The notes under the pieces: model-generated
Told to the model about the DNA's origin: nothing
The model's database searches: none
The model's input: only the letters and a program-made list of their open reading frames with translations
Part shown: positions 1 through 10,146 of the stretch, piece after piece
Position numbering within the stretch: the first letter of the stretch is position 1
Layout of the letters: every line of letters starts with the position of its first letter
Made by a program: the position numbers and the translations under genes
NCBI GenBank assembly: GCA_050015075.1
Contig: JBEKCB010000010.1
Coordinates: forward strand, 1 to 64,000
Length of the DNA: 64,000 bases
From: Candidatus Brocadiia bacterium
GTDB taxonomy: Bacteria > Planctomycetota > Brocadiia > CAIUPP01
Direction: 5' to 3'

Positions 1-2043
1 ACGATGACTGCCAACACAACGGCGTTCGCCCAGTACGCGCTGAACACCTACACGCTCAACGTGAATTCCGGGCCGATGCGTCCGTTGACCATCGGTTCGA
101 CCACAGGCGACGGCAACAAGACGCTCTACACGGTGCCGAGGGTCGCGTACGGGACGCCCGTGAACCTGGAGGCCCCGGCGACGGACCCGCCCGGATACAT
201 CTTCGAATTCTGGGGGGTGAACGGCGCGGAGCAGCCTTCCAAGTCCATCACGTTCACGATGACTGCCGACACAACGGCGTTCGCGCAGTACGCACCGATC
301 CCCGGATACACGCTCCTCGTGCAGTCCACTCCGCCGACCAAGTTGAGCATCGGTTCGAGCAACGTGGGCCAACGCGGCACGACGAACTACCCTGTTAACC
401 GCGTCCTCTACGGGACGAGCGTGAACCTGGTGGCCCCGGCGAAGGACCCGACCGGATACACCTTCTTGCAGTGGACGGTGAACGGCGCGCCGCAGCCAAC
501 GGCTCAGAAGACGGTCAGCTTCACCATGATCGGCAGCTCGATCGCGGCGATCGCCGTCTATACGCCCGTCGTCGGTTCAGGTGCCCATACGTCCATCGCC
601 ATTGCCAATGCCTTTACGCCCGTCACGGACCGCCTCACCGTCGAGTCCACGCCGCCGAGCCAGATCGTTATCACTTCGAGCACCGGCGACAGCGGCATAA
701 CGAACTACACGGTGTCGAGCGTCGCGCTGGGGACGAGCGTGAACTTGCAGGCTCCGGCGGCGGACCCGACCGGATACACTTTCTCGCAGTGGACGGTGAA
801 CGGCGCGGCGCAGACCGCCGGCCAGAAGTCCATCACGGTCACGATGACCTCGAACATGACAGCAGTGGCGCAGTACATATTGAACAGCTACTACACGCTG
901 ACCGTACAGTCCTTGCCGCCGACCGGGCAGAGCATCGCTTCGAGCACGGGCAACAATGGCACGACGAACTACTACACGCAGGTCAGCGTCGCGTCCGGGA
1001 CGAGCGCGAACCTGCAGGCGCCGGCGACGGACCCGGCCGGATACGCCTTCTCGCAGTGGACGGTGAACGGAATGGCTCAGACTGCCGGGCTGAAGAACGT
1101 CACGTTCACGATAGCCGCTGACACGACGGCCGTGGCGCAGTACACCCCACTGGGCACCACCGACACGCCGCCCGCTGGCACAACGGCGGCGCAGGACACA
1201 CCGAACAACGGCTGCACGCTGATTGTGCAGTCCACTCCGCCGACGGGGGTGAGCGTCAGTTCGAGCACCGGCGATAGCGGCACGACGAACTACACGGTGT
1301 CGAGCGTCACGCAGGGGACGAGCGTGAACTTGCAGGCTCCGGCGGCGGACCCGACCGGGTACACCTTCTCGCAGTGGACGGTGGACGGCGTGGCGCAGAC
1401 TGCCGGGCAGAGGGCGGTCACGTTCACGATGACCGCGGCCACGACGGCTGTGGCCCAGTACACGCCGAACGTCTACCCGCTGACGGTGCAGTCCACGCCG
1501 CCCACGGGGGGCATTATCACTTCGAGCACCGCCGACGGCGGGTTGACGAATTACACGGTGTCGAGCGTCGGGTACGGGACGAGCGTAAGCCTTCAGGCCC
1601 CGGCGGTGGATCCGGTTGGGTACACCTTCTCGCAGTGGACGCTGAACGGAGCGGCTCAGACTGCCGGGCAGAAGTCTATCACGTTCACGGTGTCTGAGGC
1701 CACGACGGCCGTGGCGCAGTACACCGCGAACACCTACGCGCTGACCGTCCGGTCGCCGCTTCCGACCGGCGTCCTCATCACTTCGAGCACGGGTGACGGC
1801 GGGACGACGAACTACACGGCGCCCGGTATCGCTTACGGGACGATCGTGAACCTGGCGGCTCCGGCGAAGGATCCGGTTGGGTACACCTTCTCGCAGTGGA
1901 CGCTGAATGGAGCGGCTCAGACTGGCGGGCAGGACCCCATCGCATTCGTTGTGATGTCCGCTGACATGAAGTCCATCACATTCGCGATGTCCGCTGACAT
2001 AACTGCGGTGGCGCAGTACACGCTGAACGTACCTGCACCCTGA
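1..2043 (+). CDS. Surface/secreted repeat protein, 5'-partial; 7 full ~88-aa repeats resembling InlB B-repeat / Listeria-Bacteroides repeat domains
   Basis: Frame is open from base 1. Recurring unit YTLTVQSTPPTG...GTTNYTV...GTSVNLQAPAxDPxGYTFSQWTVNG...KSITFTM..TTAVAQY; the GYTFxxW and terminal AxY pattern is typical of these repeats. Confidence 0.8.
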   Translation, partial: TMTANTTAFAQYALNTYTLNVNSGPMRPLTIGSTTGDGNKTLYTVPRVAYGTPVNLEAPATDPPGYIFEFWGVNGAEQPSKSITFTMTADTTAFAQYAPIPGYTLLVQSTPPTKLSIGSSNVGQRGTTNYPVNRVLYGTSVNLVAPAKDPTGYTFLQWTVNGAPQPTAQKTVSFTMIGSSIAAIAVYTPVVGSGAHTSIAIANAFTPVTDRLTVESTPPSQIVITSSTGDSGITNYTVSSVALGTSVNLQAPAADPTGYTFSQWTVNGAAQTAGQKSITVTMTSNMTAVAQYILNSYYTLTVQSLPPTGQSIASSTGNNGTTNYYTQVSVASGTSANLQAPATDPAGYAFSQWTVNGMAQTAGLKNVTFTIAADTTAVAQYTPLGTTDTPPAGTTAAQDTPNNGCTLIVQSTPPTGVSVSSSTGDSGTTNYTVSSVTQGTSVNLQAPAADPTGYTFSQWTVDGVAQTAGQRAVTFTMTAATTAVAQYTPNVYPLTVQSTPPTGGIITSSTADGGLTNYTVSSVGYGTSVSLQAPAVDPVGYTFSQWTLNGAAQTAGQKSITFTVSEATTAVAQYTANTYALTVRSPLPTGVLITSSTGDGGTTNYTAPGIAYGTIVNLAAPAKDPVGYTFSQWTLNGAAQTGGQDPIAFVVMSADMKSITFAMSADITAVAQYTLNVPAP

Positions 2044-2445
2044 CCGCGCAGTCCGCGCCGCAGGCCGACCCGAGTGTCGGTTCCGGCACTGGCCACGCTG
2101 GGACGCCGGCTGTCTCCTCGAGGCCGCCCTCGGGAAGGCGCTACTTTTGGCATGTAGTCAAGATAGCACGGCCGGCACCCCCAGGGCGCAACTGCCCGGG
2201 CGTGCCCAGGAGCAGAATCGGCCCGACAGGGCCGGCTCTGAACCGACCATGGCGGCGCAAGGCCCGCTGCCACAACCGCACCCCGACAGCGCCAAGAAAA
2301 CGCGCGCGGATCGCCATGGGCACCGTACACTCAGCCGCCGAAACGTACCTGGACTCAGTAGCGTCAAACCGGTTCCAGACACGCCGCGCCTGGCGCTTCT
2401 ACCGAGCGCCGCCGCACCGGATGTAATTCCGGCGGCCGGATTTTC

Positions 2446-4719
2446 CTATTTCGCCGGAACCGTTTCGTACTTGTAGGGTATTGTGCCGCGCAGCACTGTC
2501 AGTTCAATCGGCAGACCGGCCTTCTCCGGCGCCGTGCCTGGGGCCGGCGAGATGGTCAATTCCGCCCGCAGCGGTTCCGGCGGCGCGCCGGCTTCGGGAG
2601 GCGGAGTAGTTGTCGGGCCAGTGATGACCAGGTGCGTCGGCTTGAGGATGACCAGCCGGAACGTCTCGCCGATTCGCCCCTTGGCGGCGAAGTCGCCGGA
2701 AATTTCGATCTCCGCGTCCGCCGCGAGCAACTTAGGCCAGCCGCTGAGTTTCTCGGCCACCGCCACGACCGCGCCCTGAGGACTCTTGATCGCCACCGGT
2801 ACGCCGACCGTCACCGGGTATTCGCCGATCTCGATCACGAAGTCGCTCGCCTGCGTGCCATTAGGCCGGATGGTCATCGTCGAAGTCCGCGTCAACTGGC
2901 CGTCCTTGGTGAAAGTCTGCGTGGACCAGATCGGATATTGCCGCGGGAAGAGGTACCCCAGGTCTTTCGGCGGCGGCGCGGCTGACATGTCGTCAACCAG
3001 GATGCTCATGTGAGCGCCCAAGGGATAGCCGCGGGCGTGCGACGCGTAGCTGAAATGGTTGCCCGGCCGTTTCTCCCACGCGGTCCAGACGGGCATGCCG
3101 CAATTGTAGCCCCACTGGGCGATGATCGGCAGCTTGTGCTTCAGGCCGACCTGGGCGGTGGCGTCGGGCAGGATCAGCTCCGCCGGCTCCGTGCCCTGGT
3201 GCCGCTCGGAAATCAGCGGCAGGATGCCCGTCCCGGTGGAGTCCATCGCCGCGGCGAAGACCGTCTGGTAGCGTTCGAGCATCTTCACCAGCAGCGGGTC
3301 GCCCGTGCGCTGCACGCCGACGACCAGGAAGTCCATGTGCGTGCGCACGTAGCCGGCGTCGTAGTGAATGCCGCGGCCGTTGAACCTGTCGCCCTCGCCG
3401 AGCAGCGGGAACCCGCCGGAGTATTTGCCCTGGGCGTCGGCGATCTGCTGCATGACCGGCTGGTAATGGTCGAGCACCTCCTTCTTGCGGGCCGCGTCGG
3501 TCAGCACGTCGGCCACCTCGCGCATGGCGATGGCGTAACCGAGCACGCGGTTGGCCCCGGTCATGAGCGTGTCGCCGCCGATAATATCGTCGCGATACTG
3601 CGACGGCAGAGCGGCGGTGCGGGCCATGGCTCCGCGGTAGAGCATCCGCTGATAGGCTTCGCGGCGCGTCAGAGTCGTCGGGCCGAAGGTCAGTTTCTCG
3701 GCCAACTCGGGCCGCCGGGCCTGTTCCATGGCCTGGTAACCGTCGAGCAGACCGTAGATCGTGAAGCCGAAAGTATATTCGCCGCTGGCCACGGTGTGCG
3801 GCGGGCGGCGGCCGTCCAGGAACGAGCCATCCCAACACTGCGTGCGCGCCGAAAAGTCAAGCGACTCAATGGCCGATTTCAGCCCCGCCTCGCCGCCGAA
3901 CCGGGCCACAATGCCGCTGACTTCCTGCGTGCGGTGCTGCAGGGTCAGGTCGCGCTCGCTGCTCGGCCGCCATTTGCCGGACGACTCGTCGAACTCCAGC
4001 CACTGCCGGCTCGGATCGTAGGAGCCCTTGAGGTAATCCACGAGCCGCAGGTTCGCGATGGCGAACTTCGCCGCTTGCGGCCCCGTGCTCGGCGCGTTTT
4101 GCGGGGCCCGCTGAATCCCCGCCGCGGTGATCTCGATGGCCTCGACGGATTGCAGCGTCCCCATGACCTCGGCTTCCCGGCCGTAGCCGATGAACGCCCA
4201 GTCGAAATAGACCTCGCGCGGATTCTCGCCCCAGGGGCTCAGCACTGGAATGCGCGGCCTCATCTCGGCGACCTGCCGGCCGCCCGCGCCGATGAGCCTG
4301 AACCCCAGCCGCACTTCCGGCGAGCAGCCGTCCTCGGTCTTGATGTTGAAGGTCAGCCCGCTGTAATGCGTGACCACGTCCGTCGCCTTGGGCAGCTTGA
4401 TGCGCACGAACGACTCCGGGCTTTTGTTCCATGCTTCCGGCTCCGCCGTGACTTCGATGGCCAGCGACTCGGCCGATTTGGCGGTGAGCTTCAGCCCGCC
4501 ACCGGCCGACACGTCCGCCGGGAAGGCGATGGCCACCGGCTCCGCGGCGGTCGTCTTCTGCTGCTCCATGGCGTGTTGAGCCGCGGAGGTCAACAGCTCC
4601 TTCTTGATCTCCTGCACCCGTCCCCAATCGGCCGCCCAACCTGTGGCGGCAAAAGAGCCGGTGATCGCCAGCGCGACGACGGACGGCAGCGTCAGGCCGA
4701 GATTCTCCGTGAACGTCAT
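2446..4719 (-). CDS. Secreted hypothetical protein (~757 aa)
   Basis: Long ORF; AGGAG RBS upstream of ATG 4719 (alternative start 4725); hydrophobic N-terminus ending GWAA suggests a signal peptide. No family recognised. Confidence 0.75.
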   Translation of the reverse strand: MTFTENLGLTLPSVVALAITGSFAATGWAADWGRVQEIKKELLTSAAQHAMEQQKTTAAEPVAIAFPADVSAGGGLKLTAKSAESLAIEVTAEPEAWNKSPESFVRIKLPKATDVVTHYSGLTFNIKTEDGCSPEVRLGFRLIGAGGRQVAEMRPRIPVLSPWGENPREVYFDWAFIGYGREAEVMGTLQSVEAIEITAAGIQRAPQNAPSTGPQAAKFAIANLRLVDYLKGSYDPSRQWLEFDESSGKWRPSSERDLTLQHRTQEVSGIVARFGGEAGLKSAIESLDFSARTQCWDGSFLDGRRPPHTVASGEYTFGFTIYGLLDGYQAMEQARRPELAEKLTFGPTTLTRREAYQRMLYRGAMARTAALPSQYRDDIIGGDTLMTGANRVLGYAIAMREVADVLTDAARKKEVLDHYQPVMQQIADAQGKYSGGFPLLGEGDRFNGRGIHYDAGYVRTHMDFLVVGVQRTGDPLLVKMLERYQTVFAAAMDSTGTGILPLISERHQGTEPAELILPDATAQVGLKHKLPIIAQWGYNCGMPVWTAWEKRPGNHFSYASHARGYPLGAHMSILVDDMSAAPPPKDLGYLFPRQYPIWSTQTFTKDGQLTRTSTMTIRPNGTQASDFVIEIGEYPVTVGVPVAIKSPQGAVVAVAEKLSGWPKLLAADAEIEISGDFAAKGRIGETFRLVILKPTHLVITGPTTTPPPEAGAPPEPLRAELTISPAPGTAPEKAGLPIELTVLRGTIPYKYETVPAK

Positions 4720-4755
4720 AACCATCTCCTTAAAAGGCGCGGATTGAAAAATTAC

Positions 4756-5610
4756 TCATTCGATGACGAAAACGGCCGCCTCAGCCGGCTTGTGGTACCG
4801 GGACCGCATTTTCTCGGAAAGCGCGAGCGCTAATTCGTCCGGGTAGCCTACGGTCCAGAAAGCGTTCTCGGGTGTGACCCGGTACGTTTCGAAATGCTGC
4901 GGGAAGACGTGCTTCGGCTTGAGGTGCTCGATCAGGAAGGCGGCCCGCTCGACATGCATATTGTGCTCGGTCGGAGAGATGAACAGCACGTCGAGCCGGC
5001 CCAGCGCGAGATGATCATCCAGGAGCACGGTGTCGCCGGGGTGGAAGAGCTTTTTGCCGCCGATGGTCAGAAGGTAGCCGCAATCGTCGAGGTTCGCCGA
5101 GGCCCAAACTGCGCCGTGGCGATGGCCGTGGAGCGCCCGCTGGGGCGCGACATGGATTCCGAGGATCTCGAAGGGAAAGAAATGGCCGTCCGGGACCGCA
5201 GGCCGTCGAACGCCGGCGGGCTGCGGCCTGGACGCGACGACGTGAATCCGTTCCTTGGGTATTCCGATATCCGTAATGGCCTTGACGGTGCAGTTGGCGG
5301 GCAGGACAAAACGGCATTGGGACTTCGCCGCCAGCGCGCGGCAGGTGAAGGTATTGAAGTGGTCGTCGTCGCCGTGCGTGATGAAGAGGGCGGAGAGCCT
5401 GGGAGCGACCTCCTCAACGTGGATGAGCGGTTCCGCAAGCCGATGGCCGGGCGGCTCCAGGTCGAGATCAATCCCGATCAGCATGCCCTGATGTCCAAGC
5501 AGCCAACCGGCATTCCGGGTCCAACAGAGAGCCAGGCCCCGGCATTCTGTCAGGGCGTCAAGTGCGTTCACCCGATTCTGCTCCTCGCGCGAGCGACCGG
5601 AATCTGCCAT
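4756..5610 (-). CDS. MBL-fold metallo-hydrolase (UlaG/NAPE-PLD-like)
   Basis: Motifs FITHGDDDH, ALHGH, LFHPGDT, VFPQHF; GGAGG RBS before MADSG (ATG 5610). Confidence 0.85.
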   Translation of the reverse strand: MADSGRSREEQNRVNALDALTECRGLALCWTRNAGWLLGHQGMLIGIDLDLEPPGHRLAEPLIHVEEVAPRLSALFITHGDDDHFNTFTCRALAAKSQCRFVLPANCTVKAITDIGIPKERIHVVASRPQPAGVRRPAVPDGHFFPFEILGIHVAPQRALHGHRHGAVWASANLDDCGYLLTIGGKKLFHPGDTVLLDDHLALGRLDVLFISPTEHNMHVERAAFLIEHLKPKHVFPQHFETYRVTPENAFWTVGYPDELALALSEKMRSRYHKPAEAAVFVIE

Positions 5611-5650
5611 TTGACCATCCTCCACAGGACGGTCAGCCGTCCAAAGTCGC

Positions 5651-5679
5651 ATTCTGGCCATCAGAATCCCGCTTGTCAA
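5651..5679 (-). promoter_or_regulatory. Putative sigma70 promoter for the MBL gene, with an overlapping inverted repeat
   Basis: Minus strand TTGACA-N17-CAGAAT; ATTCTG-N5-CAGAAT inverted repeat at 5651-5667. Confidence 0.55.
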
Positions 5680-5862
5680 CTGAACCACCGCGACAAAACA
5701 GAGCGTATTTGCAACCAGGTCATGAATGCTGTAGGCTACACGACTGCTTACGGATCGCGAGTGCAGTCAGGTGCGCCGAAAGGAATACTCACCCCAGAAA
5801 ACGCGCGAGGTGTCCAAGGCTTTCTCCTCCGAGGCCGGTAACCGCCGGGTGGGAGGATCGGT

Positions 5863-7560
5863 TTGAGAAACGCCGTACTCTTCCTGCTGCTGCTCATAGC
5901 GCCGGCCGCCGAGGCGCTCGACGTCGTCGAGGTGCGCTGGGGCCTTGACGGGCGCGCCGTGCCCGACCGCATCAACCCGGTTTCGATCTTCCTCTCCAAT
6001 CCGTCCAATCAGCCCTATGATGGCCTGCTGGCGCTCAGCAAGAGCGACACGTTCGGGACGCAACTCGGCGCGGCGGTCGTGGAGCCGTGCTATCTCTCTC
6101 CATCGGCCCGCCGCTGGGTGCAATTCTATGTTCCCGTCGAGGACCCGGAAGAGACGTGGACCTTGACCTGGGGCGAAGGGCCCTCCGGGCGGGCGGCCCT
6201 GCCCGTGGCCCGGCTCGGTCCGCCGGCCACGGTGATGCTCGACGATCCCGATCAAAGCAGGTATGTAACAGGGGAGATCGCGAGGCTTCCCGACCAACTC
6301 TTCCCCACGGACGTGTCCGGCCTGGACGGTTTACACAGCGTGATCCTGGATCATGCGCCGCGGTGGGAGCCCGTCCGGCGGCAGGCGTTTCTCGACTGGC
6401 TTCGCCTCGGCGGCATCGTCCACGTGTTGCACGGCGAGGACGGCAAGTTTCCCGTTTTCCCCGAAGAACTGGCCGCGCTGAACGGCCTCAGCTCCGGCCG
6501 CGCGCGCTTTGGCGCGGGGTTGATTGTCTGGCAGGAGGTTTCGCGGGATCAGGTCAAGGGAGGTTACCTGGCGTCCAAAGGCTTTCCGCCCCTGGAACTC
6601 AAGCTTTCGACCGTGGAGCGCTCCGAGCTGATTGAGGATGTCGTTTTCAGGAAGCTGGAAAGTCTCTCGGAGCTGCGGCACAACTGGTCGCTGATCTACG
6701 GTCTGGCCGCGTGCTACATTGTGCTGATCGGGCCTGTGGCCCTGGTCATCGGCCGCCTGTGGCGGGACTGGCGCAGGACGCTCGTCATCTATCTGGGGGT
6801 TGTCGCGCTCTTCGGGGCCCTTTTCCTCTTTGTCGGACGCCAGAGCGCGGCCGGGGGCGCCGTCGTTTACACGTTCTCCTACGCGCGGCCGCTCGGACAA
6901 GGAAACTGGGATGTCAGCCAATGGTCGAGCGCCTTCGTCACTTCCAGCGGCCACTACCTGGTCCGCCATCCATGCCCGTTCAGCCTGTATGCGGTATGGA
7001 AACGGCGGGAGACGGTGAACGGGACGATCCGGAATGGCCGCGACGCGCTCTTCGAGGTGGAGGTCCCGCTTTTTTCCTGGCGCACTTTCGCGCATCGCGG
7101 GCGATTCCGCGCGGACCCGCTGAACCTGGCCGTGGCCACCTGGGAAGGATCGGACGACCTGGCGGACTTTTCGGTGACCGGCGTCGTCCCCGCAGGCACG
7201 CTGGCGGCCTGCGCTTTCTACAATGGAAACTTGTATCTGCTCTCCCTGGAGACCAATCGGCTCAGGCTGGTGGGAAGACAGCAGGCGCTCTTGTTCGAGC
7301 TTGAACAAACAGGGCAGGTTGAGGCCGAAGCCGCCGGCAGCGACGTGGAGCGACAGTTCAAGGAGATGCTGACGCCGTTGGTCCTGTGGACCACCGGACG
7401 ACCGGAGGGCGCCCTTTACTATTGGGACCGGCGCGCGGCCCGTGACGAAATCCAGGTCTTTATCCTTGCCCCGAGCCCGAACGCCTTTAACCTGTCCCAG
7501 GGCGGCCTGGGACGCGAGACGGGATATACCGTTTATCACCTGACGTTCTTTAAAGGATAG
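5863..7560 (+). CDS. Secreted/membrane accessory protein of an ABC module; paralog of 17999-19786
   Basis: GGAGG RBS, TTG start, signal peptide, two central TM helices; shares WGxDG..P.R.NPVS and EPCYL.P...RWVQF with 17999-19786. Confidence 0.85.
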   Translation: MRNAVLFLLLLIAPAAEALDVVEVRWGLDGRAVPDRINPVSIFLSNPSNQPYDGLLALSKSDTFGTQLGAAVVEPCYLSPSARRWVQFYVPVEDPEETWTLTWGEGPSGRAALPVARLGPPATVMLDDPDQSRYVTGEIARLPDQLFPTDVSGLDGLHSVILDHAPRWEPVRRQAFLDWLRLGGIVHVLHGEDGKFPVFPEELAALNGLSSGRARFGAGLIVWQEVSRDQVKGGYLASKGFPPLELKLSTVERSELIEDVVFRKLESLSELRHNWSLIYGLAACYIVLIGPVALVIGRLWRDWRRTLVIYLGVVALFGALFLFVGRQSAAGGAVVYTFSYARPLGQGNWDVSQWSSAFVTSSGHYLVRHPCPFSLYAVWKRRETVNGTIRNGRDALFEVEVPLFSWRTFAHRGRFRADPLNLAVATWEGSDDLADFSVTGVVPAGTLAACAFYNGNLYLLSLETNRLRLVGRQQALLFELEQTGQVEAEAAGSDVERQFKEMLTPLVLWTTGRPEGALYYWDRRAARDEIQVFILAPSPNAFNLSQGGLGRETGYTVYHLTFFKG

Positions 7561-7593
7561 AACTGATATGCTGCCGCAGGGGTGGATGCGCTC

Positions 7594-9144
7594 ATGAGCA
7601 TGCCGATACTTGCGCTCTTCGGGTTCGCGCGGCGGCTCGAATCGCGCCATTACCTGACGTACCTGGCGCGGACCGCCGTGGCCGGAGTGATCCTTCTCTA
7701 CTTGATCCTGGCTCACGCGGGCGGGAGCATGACCGGCGCGCCCGGCTTGGAGTTTTTCACGGCCGTCGTGTACGTCAACTTCGCCTTCATCACGCTTGCC
7801 GGATTGAGCTATTTTGCATCCGCCATTGCGGAAGAGAAGGAGGAAGCGACGCTGGGTCTCCTGCGCATGACCAGGCTAAGCCCGCTGGCGATCCTGCTGG
7901 GCAAGTCCGCGTCGCGATGGATCGGCGTCACTCTGCTGCTGCTGGTTCAACTCCCGTTCACGTTCCTGGCGATCACGCTGGGGGGCGTCTCGCTGGCGCA
8001 GATCCTGGCGGCGTACGTCACGCTGGTCGCCTATCTCGTCTTCGTCAGCGGCCTTGCGGTCTTCTGCTCCCTTGTGGCGCCGAACACGGCGAAGGCGGGG
8101 TTCCTGGTCGGCGCTGCGTTGGGGGTGTTCTACATAGCGCCTTTTGGCGGCAACTCACTCCTGGATTTGCTGGTCCAAAAAGGCTGGTTGATTAAGAACG
8201 GGCCGGTGCAGACCGATGTCCAGGACTTTCTCGTGCTGGTCCGGCAGAGTTCTCCTGTCGAACGCATCCAGGAAATTCTGGCAACCGGGTTCAGCGGTTC
8301 TCCGCTGGGGTTCCAGGTCCTGACGAATGTGGCCATGGGAGTCATCCTGTTCCTGCTCGCCTGGCCGCTCTTCGACTGGTTGACACGGGAGCAGAAGGAA
8401 CCCGCCCCGTATCGCGGGATGCTTTCCACCCGGCGGCGCTTATTTTCCCCAGGCCGTCCAGGGCGTAATGCGCTGATGTGGAAGGATTTCCACTTCTTGA
8501 CCGGCGGCATGGTGATCATGGGCGGCAAGTTCATTTTCTATGGCGCGCTCATCGCCGGAGCCTTTATCTGGCTGCATCGTGAAGACCCCAGGCTGAAGTT
8601 CACTCCCGATTACTGTCAGGGGCTCAGGTACGTGATGCTGATGGCGGTCCTGATCGAGATGCTGATCTATGCGTCGCGGATCTTCAACGAGGAGACGACA
8701 TGGCGGACGCTTTCCAGTATCTACGTTCTGCCTCTTTCCACGGCGAAATTGGCGGCGGACAAAGCGCTGGGCTGCCTGTTGGGCATCCTGCCGGCGGCCG
8801 CCTACACCGCCGCGGCATGGGCGTTGTCGCTGCGTTCCGTAGGGGCCGACGAAGACGTCAGGTCGGAGTTGCTGCTGATGGCAACCCTGCTATGCCAGTT
8901 GGTGTTCCTGGCTCATCTCGTCGTCTACCTGTCGTTGCGGATGAAGCGGGGGGCGGTCGCCATGGCGTTCCTGATCAGTGTCGTGGGCATGCCGATCCTC
9001 TTCAGTTTCATAGGGGTGATGGGCGTTTTTTACCTTGGTGAGTTTGCATGCCTGGGAGGATACGCCGCGTTTCTGCTCATCGGCAGCATTGTGTTGGAGA
9101 CCAGGATCATCCGCGCGCTTCACGAGGCGGCGGCCGCGGCGTAG
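7594..9144 (+). CDS. ABC-2 type permease (double-length); paralog of 15428-16984
   Basis: Multiple TM helices; FITLAGLSYFASAIAEEKEEATLGLLRMTRLSP is nearly identical to the 15428-16984 motif. Confidence 0.88.
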   Translation: MSMPILALFGFARRLESRHYLTYLARTAVAGVILLYLILAHAGGSMTGAPGLEFFTAVVYVNFAFITLAGLSYFASAIAEEKEEATLGLLRMTRLSPLAILLGKSASRWIGVTLLLLVQLPFTFLAITLGGVSLAQILAAYVTLVAYLVFVSGLAVFCSLVAPNTAKAGFLVGAALGVFYIAPFGGNSLLDLLVQKGWLIKNGPVQTDVQDFLVLVRQSSPVERIQEILATGFSGSPLGFQVLTNVAMGVILFLLAWPLFDWLTREQKEPAPYRGMLSTRRRLFSPGRPGRNALMWKDFHFLTGGMVIMGGKFIFYGALIAGAFIWLHREDPRLKFTPDYCQGLRYVMLMAVLIEMLIYASRIFNEETTWRTLSSIYVLPLSTAKLAADKALGCLLGILPAAAYTAAAWALSLRSVGADEDVRSELLLMATLLCQLVFLAHLVVYLSLRMKRGAVAMAFLISVVGMPILFSFIGVMGVFYLGEFACLGGYAAFLLIGSIVLETRIIRALHEAAAAA

Positions 9145-9166
9145 GAGAAAGTTGCCCGGAGCCTGG

Positions 9167-9604
9167 TCACTCCGTGCGCCACGAGAGGACGCGGACGCTC
9201 CAAGCCGCGGCCTGGCTGGAACGCGTCAACGCAGCCTTGACCCGCACGGTTCGCCTCGGGGTCCCAGGTTCGCCCGTGCGCGCCCAGCCGGTCGAAACGA
9301 CCTCGAAAACATCCTGGTCCGAGCCGGCGGGCCGCCAATCCACCCGGAAATTTCCCCGCCCGAGTCGCCGCTCGGCCGTGCCGCCCTCCGGCCGCGCGGC
9401 CAGGCGATGCAGCGCCTCCTCCACGCCCGACTCGGCCAAACGGAACGCCTGGGCGCTGTCCTGTCGCAGCCTCAGATACTTGCGCTGCGCGACGTTGTGC
9501 CGCATAGCCGCCGCGATCATGGCCATAAGGAACGCCAGCAGCACCAGCGTCTGAAGCGTAGCGAACGCGCCGCGCCGGGCTGCACGCTGACCGATGGCTC
9601 TCAT
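9167..9604 (-). CDS. Minor pseudopilin, GspK/PilX-like
   Basis: Basic leader RAARRG followed by a hydrophobic helix without Glu5; QAFRLAESGVEEA is a PilX-like motif; last gene of the pilin cluster. Confidence 0.75.
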   Translation of the reverse strand: MRAIGQRAARRGAFATLQTLVLLAFLMAMIAAAMRHNVAQRKYLRLRQDSAQAFRLAESGVEEALHRLAARPEGGTAERRLGRGNFRVDWRPAGSDQDVFEVVSTGWARTGEPGTPRRTVRVKAALTRSSQAAAWSVRVLSWRTE

Positions 9605-10146
9605 GGCCTGTTCCTCAAAGCCGTCCGCAGGCTCAGCATCGGGTGAGAAACCCCGATCAGTGGCGGCTCGTCCCAGGCGATCGTGGTCGCCGCCCAGCGC
9701 GCCGACGCGGGTGTGACGGCCTCGAGATCGAAGGAGACCTGGAGCCGAGGCGTCTGTGTCACGAGCGCCGTCTGCCGCGCGCCGGTCGCCAGCTCGATGC
9801 GTTCCACGCCCTTGCGGCCGGCGCGGTAAATCACCGTCGCCGGTCCGGAGTCCAGGATCAGCGTGCTGCGGTCGGACCGGAATTCCGCCGCGGAGTCCCG
9901 GAACGCCCGCGCCGCGCGGACGTCCTTCGCGACGCGGCGCAGAAGATAGTCGGCTGTGTCCATGCGCTGCTGGTATCGCTCCTGCGCGCCGCGCAGCCGT
10001 ATCACCTCGACGAAACAGATTGCGCCGAGCGAGAGAATTGAGAGCAGAAGGGAGACGAAGATCATCGTTTCGAGCAGGGTGAATCCCCTCGTGCGCCTGC
10101 GGAGTTGAAGCGCCTCCATGGCCGGCGTCCTGCGGATCATCCTCAT
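9601..10146 (-). CDS. Pseudopilin with prepilin cleavage/methylation site (GspJ/PilW-like)
   Basis: RRRTRG|FTLLE followed by a hydrophobic helix; ATGA overlaps with both neighbours. Confidence 0.85.
   Translation of the reverse strand: MRMIRRTPAMEALQLRRRTRGFTLLETMIFVSLLLSILSLGAICFVEVIRLRGAQERYQQRMDTADYLLRRVAKDVRAARAFRDSAAEFRSDRSTLILDSGPATVIYRAGRKGVERIELATGARQTALVTQTPRLQVSFDLEAVTPASARWAATTIAWDEPPLIGVSHPMLSLRTALRNRP

Noticed and set aside
1-2043. CRISPR array or DGR-type repeats
   Set aside because: The repeats are ~265-bp in-frame coding units with no unique spacers, and there is no reverse transcriptase.
2044-2445. Short ORFs or a terminator in the convergent gap
   Set aside because: No convincing RBS or motifs; only weak GC hairpins without a clear U-tract.
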